Below the pieces are notes generated by a model. That model saw only the letters and a list, made by a program, of their open reading frames with translations, was not told where the DNA came from and did no database searches. A stretch of 64,000 nucleotides of DNA. It comes from Lachnospiraceae bacterium. Its GTDB lineage: Bacteria; Bacillota; Clostridia; Lachnospirales; Lachnospiraceae. Position numbers and translations under genes: made by a program. Numbering within the stretch: position 1 is the stretch's first letter; every line of letters begins with the position of its first letter. This document shows positions 57,147 to 64,000 of this stretch, piece by piece. The DNA lies in the NCBI GenBank assembly GCA_051878875.1, contig JBJEKY010000034.1, forward strand, positions 714 to 64,713, in the 5' to 3' direction.

Positions 57147-59774
57147 TTATTTATTGGCAATTGCAGCCTGTGCTGCGGCTAATCTTGCGATTGGCACACG
57201 GAATGGTGAACAGGATACATAATCCAGACCAATCTTATGGCAGAACTCTACGGAAGATGGATCTCCGCCGTGCTCTCCACAGATTCCGATGTGAAGGGCT
57301 GGATTTACCGGTTTTCCTAATTTGATGGTCATTTCCATTAACTTGCCAACACCGGTCTGATCCAGTTTCGCAAACGGATCATTCTCTAAGATCTTGGTGT
57401 CATAGTAAGCATTTAAGAACTTACCTGCATCATCACGGGAGAATCCGTAAGTCATCTGGGTAAGATCGTTGGTTCCGAAGCAGAAGAAGTCAGCTTCTTT
57501 TGAGATCTCGTCTGCAGTCAGTGCTGCACGTGGGATCTCGATCATGGTACCAACTTCATATTCTAACTTCACATCTGCTGCTGCAATTTCAGCATCAGCT
57601 GTTTCTACAACAACTTTCTTTACGAATTTTAATTCTTTTACTTCGCCAACCAATGGGATCATGATCTCCGGTCTTACAGTCCACTCCGGATGAGCTTTCT
57701 GTACTTCGATAGCTGCACGGATCACAGCCTTGGTCTGCATCTTAGCGATTTCCGGATAGGTAACAGCAAGACGGCATCCTCTGTGTCCCATCATTGGGTT
57801 GAACTCGTGTAAACCATTGATGATGTTCTTAATGGTTTCAACACTCTTGCCCTGAGCTTTTGCAAGCTTCTCGATATCTGCTTCTTCCGTCGGAACAAAC
57901 TCATGAAGTGGCGGATCTAAGAAACGGATAGTAACCGGATTTCCTTCCAGTGCTTCATATAATGCCTTGAAATCGCCCTGCTGATATGGAAGGATCTTAT
58001 CCAATGCAGCTTCACGCTCTTCTACAGTATCAGAACAGATCATTTCACGGAATGCAGCGATTCTGTCTTCCTCGAAGAACATATGCTCTGTACGGCAAAG
58101 TCCGATTCCTTCTGCACCCAGCTCACGTGCTTTTTTAGCATCAGCCGGTGTATCTGCATTGGTACGAACCTTTAATTTACGATATTTATCAGCCCATGCC
58201 ATAACACGTCCGAACTCACCTGCGATCTTAGCGTCAACAGTTGGGATCTGGCCGTCATAAATATTTCCTGTGGTTCCATCAAGAGAAATGTAATCTCCCT
58301 CATGGTACTCTTTACCTGCTAAAGTAAATTTCTTGTTTGCTTCGTCCATTGCGATGTCTCCACATCCGGAAACACAGCAGGTACCCATTCCACGTGCAAC
58401 TACGGCTGCATGGGAAGTCATACCTCCACGAACGGTTAAGATTCCCTGAGCTACCTTCATACCGGTAATATCTTCCGGAGAGGTCTCAAGACGTACAAGA
58501 ACAACTTTTTCTCCTTTTGCTGCCCAGTTTTCAGCATCTTCTGCAGTAAATACAACCTTACCACAGGCAGCTCCCGGAGAAGCACCAAGACCTTTTCCTG
58601 CCGGAGTTGCATTCTTTAATGCAGCAGCGTCAAACTGTGGATGAAGCAGGGTATCCAGGTTACGTGGATCGATCATTGCAACTGCTTCTTCTTCCGTTCT
58701 CATACCTTCATCTACAAGGTCACAGGCAATCTTTAATGCAGCCTGTGCTGTTCTCTTACCGTTACGTGTCTGAAGCATATACAGTTTACCATGTTCAACA
58801 GTAAACTCCATATCCTGCATATCTCTGTAATGAGATTCCAGTATCTGGCAAACTTCCTGGAACTGTTTGAACGCCTCCGGGAACTTCTGCTCCATTTCAG
58901 CGATCTTCATCGGTGTACGAACACCGGCAACCACGTCTTCACCCTGTGCATTGGTAAGGAACTCACCAAACAGACCTTTGGCTCCTGTAGCCGGGTCACG
59001 GGTAAATGCAACACCGGTACCGCAATCATCGCCCATGTTACCAAAAGCCATGGACTGAACGTTAACAGCGGTTCCCCAGGAATATGGGATATCGTTGTCA
59101 CGACGGTACACGTTTGCACGTGGGTTATCCCAGGATCTAAATACAGCTTTGATAGCACCCATTAACTGCTCCTTTGGATCCGTTGGGAAGTCCTGACCGA
59201 TTTTGGACTTGTACTCAGCCTTAAACTGATTAGCAAGTTCTTTCAGGTCATCAGCAGTCAGATCAACGTCCTGTGTAACGCCTCTTTCTGCTTTCATTTT
59301 GTCGATAAGCTCTTCAAAATACTTCTTACCAACTTCCATAACTACATCGGAATACATCTGAATGAATCTTCTGTAGCAATCCCATGCCCAACGTGGATTT
59401 CCGGATGCTTTTGCGATCGTCTCTACAACATCTTCATTTAATCCAAGGTTTAAGATGGTATCCATCATACCAGGCATGGAAGCTCTGGCACCGGAACGAA
59501 CAGAAACTAAGAGAGGATTCTCTTTATCTCCGAATTTCTTGCCTGTGATCTCCTCCATTTTTGCAATGTACTCATTGATTTCAGCCATGATACCGTCATT
59601 GATCTCACGTCCGTCTTCATAATACTGGGTACATGCTTCTGTGGTAATGGTAAAACCCTGTGGCACCGGAAGACCAATGTTGGTCATTTCAGCAAGGTTG
59701 GCACCTTTACCGCCGAGAAGTTCTCTCATGTTTGCGTTACCTTCGCTAAAAAGGTAGCAGTATTTGTTTGCCAT
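57147..59774 (-). CDS. ppdK: Pyruvate, phosphate dikinase
   Basis: LLGGKGANLAEM, VSVRSGA-SMPGMMDT, GGMTSHAAVVARG, GLCRTEHM, GTNDLTQ, GICGEHGG. Confidence 0.98.
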   Translation of the reverse strand: MANKYCYLFSEGNANMRELLGGKGANLAEMTNIGLPVPQGFTITTEACTQYYEDGREINDGIMAEINEYIAKMEEITGKKFGDKENPLLVSVRSGARASMPGMMDTILNLGLNEDVVETIAKASGNPRWAWDCYRRFIQMYSDVVMEVGKKYFEELIDKMKAERGVTQDVDLTADDLKELANQFKAEYKSKIGQDFPTDPKEQLMGAIKAVFRSWDNPRANVYRRDNDIPYSWGTAVNVQSMAFGNMGDDCGTGVAFTRDPATGAKGLFGEFLTNAQGEDVVAGVRTPMKIAEMEQKFPEAFKQFQEVCQILESHYRDMQDMEFTVEHGKLYMLQTRNGKRTAQAALKIACDLVDEGMRTEEEAVAMIDPRNLDTLLHPQFDAAALKNATPAGKGLGASPGAACGKVVFTAEDAENWAAKGEKVVLVRLETSPEDITGMKVAQGILTVRGGMTSHAAVVARGMGTCCVSGCGDIAMDEANKKFTLAGKEYHEGDYISLDGTTGNIYDGQIPTVDAKIAGEFGRVMAWADKYRKLKVRTNADTPADAKKARELGAEGIGLCRTEHMFFEEDRIAAFREMICSDTVEEREAALDKILPYQQGDFKALYEALEGNPVTIRFLDPPLHEFVPTEEADIEKLAKAQGKSVETIKNIINGLHEFNPMMGHRGCRLAVTYPEIAKMQTKAVIRAAIEVQKAHPEWTVRPEIMIPLVGEVKELKFVKKVVVETADAEIAAADVKLEYEVGTMIEIPRAALTADEISKEADFFCFGTNDLTQMTYGFSRDDAGKFLNAYYDTKILENDPFAKLDQTGVGKLMEMTIKLGKPVNPALHIGICGEHGGDPSSVEFCHKIGLDYVSCSPFRVPIARLAAAQAAIANK

Positions 59775-59815
59775 TAAACAATTCCTCCTATATAACTTTT
59801 CTTTATGTAAACGAA

Positions 59816-61021
59816 TTAATCGTTACAACCCATTACTTCTTTTCTATATTTTGCAATTCCTAAACCGAGAAGTTCCATAGCACGCTCAAGATCTGCCTGT
59901 TTCAGCACGTAAGCGATACGGATCTCATTCTTACCTTTACCACCGGTGTAGAAGCCGCCACCCGGTGCAAACATTACGGTTTCACCGTTATCGTCAAACT
60001 CTTCTAACAGCCACTGGTTGAACTTATCTGCATCATCCACCGGAAGAGCCGCCATCATATAAAATGCTCCCTGCGGTTCTGCACAGATCACACCCGGGAT
60101 CTTCTGGATCATGTTGTAGCAGGTGTCACGACGTGCTTTATATTCTTTTCTCATTTCAGCAAAATAGCTGGAATCACAGCTGTATAATGCCGCACTGGCA
60201 ATCTGATCCAGTGTAGCAACAGACAATCTTGCCTGAGCCATCTTCATGGCGTGTCCCATCAGTTCTTTGTTCTTGGACAGTAACGCACCGATACGTGCTC
60301 CGCAGGCAGAGAATCTCTTGGATACAGAATCTACGATCACTACATTCTGCTCGATTTCTTTAAACTGTGACATGGATGCCAGAGGTTCATCCCCATATAC
60401 AAACTCACGGTATACTTCATCACCGATCACGTATAATTCATGCTCTTTAGCAAAATCTGCAATGGTCTGCATTTCTTCTCTGGTAAGAACAACACCGGTA
60501 GGGTTGCCGGGGTTGGTTACCATGATCGCTCTGGTATTTGGAGTAATGCAGCTTTCAAGCTTCTTTCTGTCAGCATAACGATATCCCTCTTCCGGAGAAG
60601 TTGGGATTGGCTTGATCACGCCACCTGCAACACGGATCATGGTGTTGTAGTTCGGATAAAACGGCTCAGCGATCATCACTTCGCTTCCCGGATCTAAGAT
60701 ACATGCAAAAAGAATGGACAATGCTTCACTTCCACCTGTGGTAACGATCACATCATCTGCTTCAAAATTCGCACCGATCTTCTTATAGTAATCCACAATG
60801 GCATCGATCATAACCGGAAGTCCCGGTGATGGTGCATATGCCAAAACCGGCTGTGTAAAGTTTCGAACTGCATCAAAATACTGTTCCGGAGTCTTGATAT
60901 CCGGCTGTCCGATATTCAAGTGGTAAATCTTCTTGCCTGCCTGCTCCGCTTTCACTGCATAGGGGTGAAATTTTCTCATTGGAGAAAGGGAACACTGCTG
61001 AATTTTTTCAGAAATCTTCAT
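59816..61021 (-). CDS. PLP-dependent aminotransferase class I/II (aspartate aminotransferase-like)
   Basis: LNIGQPD, TTGGSEA, NPGNPTG, DEVY, DSVSKRFSACGARIG. Start at ATG 61021 (RBS GAGGAGG). Confidence 0.92.
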   Translation of the reverse strand: MKISEKIQQCSLSPMRKFHPYAVKAEQAGKKIYHLNIGQPDIKTPEQYFDAVRNFTQPVLAYAPSPGLPVMIDAIVDYYKKIGANFEADDVIVTTGGSEALSILFACILDPGSEVMIAEPFYPNYNTMIRVAGGVIKPIPTSPEEGYRYADRKKLESCITPNTRAIMVTNPGNPTGVVLTREEMQTIADFAKEHELYVIGDEVYREFVYGDEPLASMSQFKEIEQNVVIVDSVSKRFSACGARIGALLSKNKELMGHAMKMAQARLSVATLDQIASAALYSCDSSYFAEMRKEYKARRDTCYNMIQKIPGVICAEPQGAFYMMAALPVDDADKFNQWLLEEFDDNGETVMFAPGGGFYTGGKGKNEIRIAYVLKQADLERAMELLGLGIAKYRKEVMGCND

Positions 61022-61103
61022 CTCTGAGTCCTCCTCATTCATTAAATAATTTTTCCTTAATATACCTTAGAACTGCAATCCATTACTTTCCTTACAGTTG
61101 CTT

Positions 61104-61132
61104 ATTATAGCCCAAAATTTAACAATCTTCAA
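61104..61132 (-). promoter_or_regulatory. Putative sigma-A promoter of aminotransferase-ppdK
   Basis: TTGAAG-N17-TATAAT. Confidence 0.55.
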
Positions 61133-61169
61133 GCAAGATTACAAAATAAATAAATGTTTACTTTACCAT

Positions 61170-62558
61170 TTAAAAAGCAAGCTTTTGCGCAAAATAGCTT
61201 TCCAGATCTGCAATGGCCACACGCTCCTGCTCCATGGTGTCGCGGTCACGTACAGTTACTGCATGATCTTCCTCAGATTCAAAATCGTAAGTGATGCAGA
61301 ACGGTGTTCCAATCTCATCCTGTCTTCTGTAACGTTTTCCGATATTTCCCCTGTCATCGAATTCGCAATTGTAGGTTTTGCTTAACTGTTCGTAGATCTT
61401 CTCCGCACCCTCATTGAGTTTCTTTGACAATGGAAGGATTCCGATCTTCACCGGAGCCAATGCCGGATGGAAATGAAGCACGGTTCTCATGTCTCCGCCT
61501 TCCAGTTCCTCTTCATCATAAGCCGCACACAGAAAAGCAAGTAAAACACGCTCTACACCCAAAGATGGTTCAATAACATACGGAATATACTTTTCATTCT
61601 TTACATCATCAAAATAAGTAAGATCCGCCTTAGATGCTTCCTGATGTCTGGTCAGGTCATAATCGGTTCTGTCTGCGATACCCCACAGTTCACCCCAGCC
61701 GAAGGGGAATAAGAATTCCAGGTCTGTGGTGGCATTGCTGTAAAATGCCAGTTCTTCCGGATCATGATCTCTGGTACGAAGTTCCTCTTCTTTAATGCCC
61801 AACGAATACAGCCAGTTGATGCAGAACTGCTTCCAATAGTCAAACCACTTTAAGTCTTCTCCCGGCTCACAGAAGAATTCCAGTTCCATCTGTTCAAACT
61901 CTCTGGTACGGAAAATAAAGTTACCGGGGGTAATTTCATTTCTAAAGGACTTACCGATCTGTCCGATTCCGAAAGGAACCTTCTTTCTGGACGTACGCTG
62001 TACATTCTTAAAGTTTAAGAAAATACCCTGAGCGGTTTCCGGTCTTAAATATACGGTGCTTTTGGCATCTTCGGTAACACCCTGGGAGGTTTTAAACATC
62101 AGATTAAACTGACGGATATCTGTAAAATTGTGTTTTCCACAGGTTGGACATGGAATGTTATGCTCTTTGATGTATTCCTGCAGTTCTTCCGGACTCATGG
62201 CATCCAATGGTTTTTCCATGGTCAGACCGTTCTCTTTGTTAAACTCTTCGATCATCTGATCCGCACGGAATCTTGCATGGCATTCCTTACAATCCATCAG
62301 TGGATCAGAGAAACCGCCCACATGTCCGGTAGTCACCCAGGTCTGTGGATTCATCAGGATTGCTGCATCAATTCCTACATTATAAGGATTCTCCTGGATA
62401 AACTTCTTCCACCAGGCCTTCTTCACATTGTTCTTTAATTCCACGCCAAGGTTTCCGTAATCCCAGGTATTTGCCAAACCTCCGTAGATTTCAGATCCCG
62501 GGTACACAAAACCTCTGGATTTTGCCAGTGCTACGATTTTTTCCATTGTCTTTTCCAT
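61170..62558 (-). CDS. glyS: Glycine--tRNA ligase (homodimeric type)
   Basis: [59 protein letters not shown]. The second ATG (62558) fits RBS spacing better. Confidence 0.96.
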   Translation of the reverse strand: MEKTMEKIVALAKSRGFVYPGSEIYGGLANTWDYGNLGVELKNNVKKAWWKKFIQENPYNVGIDAAILMNPQTWVTTGHVGGFSDPLMDCKECHARFRADQMIEEFNKENGLTMEKPLDAMSPEELQEYIKEHNIPCPTCGKHNFTDIRQFNLMFKTSQGVTEDAKSTVYLRPETAQGIFLNFKNVQRTSRKKVPFGIGQIGKSFRNEITPGNFIFRTREFEQMELEFFCEPGEDLKWFDYWKQFCINWLYSLGIKEEELRTRDHDPEELAFYSNATTDLEFLFPFGWGELWGIADRTDYDLTRHQEASKADLTYFDDVKNEKYIPYVIEPSLGVERVLLAFLCAAYDEEELEGGDMRTVLHFHPALAPVKIGILPLSKKLNEGAEKIYEQLSKTYNCEFDDRGNIGKRYRRQDEIGTPFCITYDFESEEDHAVTVRDRDTMEQERVAIADLESYFAQKLAF

Positions 62559-62575
62559 ATCCATACTCCTCTTTC

Positions 62576-63193
62576 TTATTTATAGATCACAACGATATAC
62601 TCATCGCCGTAGTTTTCCATAATGGTTCCGTCCTTATCCTTCACAGGAGTCACCGTATTTTTGTCTACTACTTCCACATTGTCGGATACATAGCAGATCG
62701 TACCTTTTACCTTCACTCCCATACGCTCTTTCATAATGACTACCTTAAGGTCTCCTTCCATATCGGAAGACGCTACCGCGTTACCTGTTGCAGTATCATT
62801 TACCTTATAATAGGTTTCGTTTAAGGTATACCCGGCTGCCAGAGCCTCTGCCATGGTTCCGCAGAAAAATTCTTCTCCATGAAATGCGGCAAAATCCTCA
62901 CCGGATTTATATTTTAAGAAAAGCGTTGCGGTTTCATTTTCCACCTCAAGCTTTACCTTTTTTACGCTGCCCTTCTCATGTTCCGCTTCATAGTCGCTGA
63001 TACTTTCGTCTATGAAACTCTCCAGATCCTCTTTATTGTAGTAATCCTCACTGAATGATTCAATACTGGCCTCCAGAACCGTTCCGTTCCCTTTTACATA
63101 TACCGCACTTTCTGATGTATCAAAGGTGGAACCGCACCCTGTTACCGAAAAAACCAGTGCCAGACACAGCACAAGCACTCCGATCTTCTTCAT
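62576..63193 (-). CDS. Conserved hypothetical lipoprotein
   Basis: Signal peptide with lipobox VTGC; acidic mature region. Confidence 0.8.
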   Translation of the reverse strand: MKKIGVLVLCLALVFSVTGCGSTFDTSESAVYVKGNGTVLEASIESFSEDYYNKEDLESFIDESISDYEAEHEKGSVKKVKLEVENETATLFLKYKSGEDFAAFHGEEFFCGTMAEALAAGYTLNETYYKVNDTATGNAVASSDMEGDLKVVIMKERMGVKVKGTICYVSDNVEVVDKNTVTPVKDKDGTIMENYGDEYIVVIYK

Positions 63194-63221
63194 GATTACC
63201 TCCTGATGTCAAACTTTTCTT

Positions 63222-63250
63222 ATTATAACTTCTTTTACCGGATTTGTAAA
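63222..63250 (-). promoter_or_regulatory. Putative sigma-A promoter of lipoprotein-glyS
   Basis: TTTACA-N17-TATAAT. Confidence 0.65.
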
Positions 63251-63297
63251 GGATTGCCACATTCCTCCGGGTTACTCCACAAATCTTCTTTTGTATC

Positions 63298-63957
63298 TTA
63301 AGGTTCCTCCATTATAGACAGAATGTCCAGCGAATGGAACGTCCGGTCAATGTATCGGCTCATAAATCCATCAAGGATCGTTCCCATTTCTTTAAGTACC
63401 TTGGGCGTAACCCGGAAAGTGTACAATTTTTCAATGGACGAGCACCGGATATAATCCAACGCATATACCGTGGACTCATCATATCCATCTTTATCACCGA
63501 TCACCGGATACTCTCCGTTGATCACCATAGCCTTCATCTCATAAATCCTTCTGATCAAAGCATTCTCGATCTTATCCGATAAAAGTGCCCGAAGAGACTG
63601 ATACAGTAATTTTAACATCTGCGTTTCGTCCACATTTTCCCGGGTATAGTAGTTGGCAATCTCCAAAAAGTAAAAGCCATATCCCGACAATTCAGGACTT
63701 GTTGTCAACTCCCGAAAATACTGTTGCACATTCACCTTTACCACAGAATAGGAATCCCGCCCTTCGTAGCACTCGAACTCTCCGAAGCAAAATGGATTCG
63801 CTGCTGCGATCAGGGAAGAATTGGGCCTTCTGGCTCCCCTTGCAAATGCTGAGATCCTTCCTCGCTCTTTTGTTAAAATGACCAACCGCTTGTCATATTC
63901 TCCCACAGGTGCCGCCAGAAGAACCATCCCGGTAAGCTTTGTGCGTTCACTGCTCAT
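63298..63957 (-). CDS. recO: DNA repair protein RecO
   Basis: GEYDKRLVILTKERGRISAFARGARRP OB-fold start; era-recO-glyS neighbourhood. Confidence 0.92.
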   Translation of the reverse strand: MSSERTKLTGMVLLAAPVGEYDKRLVILTKERGRISAFARGARRPNSSLIAAANPFCFGEFECYEGRDSYSVVKVNVQQYFRELTTSPELSGYGFYFLEIANYYTRENVDETQMLKLLYQSLRALLSDKIENALIRRIYEMKAMVINGEYPVIGDKDGYDESTVYALDYIRCSSIEKLYTFRVTPKVLKEMGTILDGFMSRYIDRTFHSLDILSIMEEP

Positions 63958-63960
63958 GCT

Positions 63961-63999
63961 TTATTCATCAATCCTCTTTTTGTCGTATCCGTAATTCTT
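63961..63999 (-). CDS. 3' end of a gene, probably GTPase Era
   Basis: ...KNYGYDKKRIDE* immediately upstream of recO; era-recO synteny is typical in Firmicutes; only 12 residues are visible. Confidence 0.55.
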   Translation of the reverse strand, partial: KNYGYDKKRIDE

Positions 64000-64000
64000 C

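Noticed and set aside
62559-63297. T-box upstream of glyS
   Set aside because: glyS directly follows the lipoprotein gene, and the upstream promoter leaves only a short leader with no T-box motif.

Overview
This 64-kb window is bacterial chromosome with gene content and RBS/promoter style typical of a Clostridia/Lachnospiraceae-like Firmicute (inferred). Most genes lie on the minus strand. It is largely housekeeping and metabolic: a partial VTC-domain gene, a panG-like/panB/panC/coaBC operon, an uncharacterised four-gene DUF5717/DUF5716-like/TPR/coiled-coil operon, a CobD/HisC-type PLP enzyme, asparaginase, two hybrid histidine kinases, greA, a GGDEF-EAL protein, malic enzyme plus a two-subunit fumarase, csoR-copA with its operator, an MCP, an M14 peptidase, ddh, a TetR/MMPL/heptad-repeat module, an 8-gene aro operon, an M64 peptidase, ppdK, an aminotransferase, glyS, recO and the 3' end of era. 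Two elements missing from the ORF track stand out. (1) At 56733-57073 there is a strictly periodic 74-bp array of five units, each TCATCYY-N23-RRGATGA, separated by 37-nt variable spacers. It sits directly upstream of a gene for a PD-(D/E)XK-like nuclease-domain protein. It is not a CRISPR array and is the best candidate here for an undescribed array-plus-nuclease system. (2) Upstream of the aro operon there is a 43-codon Tyr/Phe-rich leader peptide with mutually exclusive terminator and antiterminator hairpins, i.e. a ribosome-mediated attenuator where a T-box would be expected. No rRNA, tRNA, cas genes or recognisable transposases were seen. Family names come from motif recognition, not database searches.
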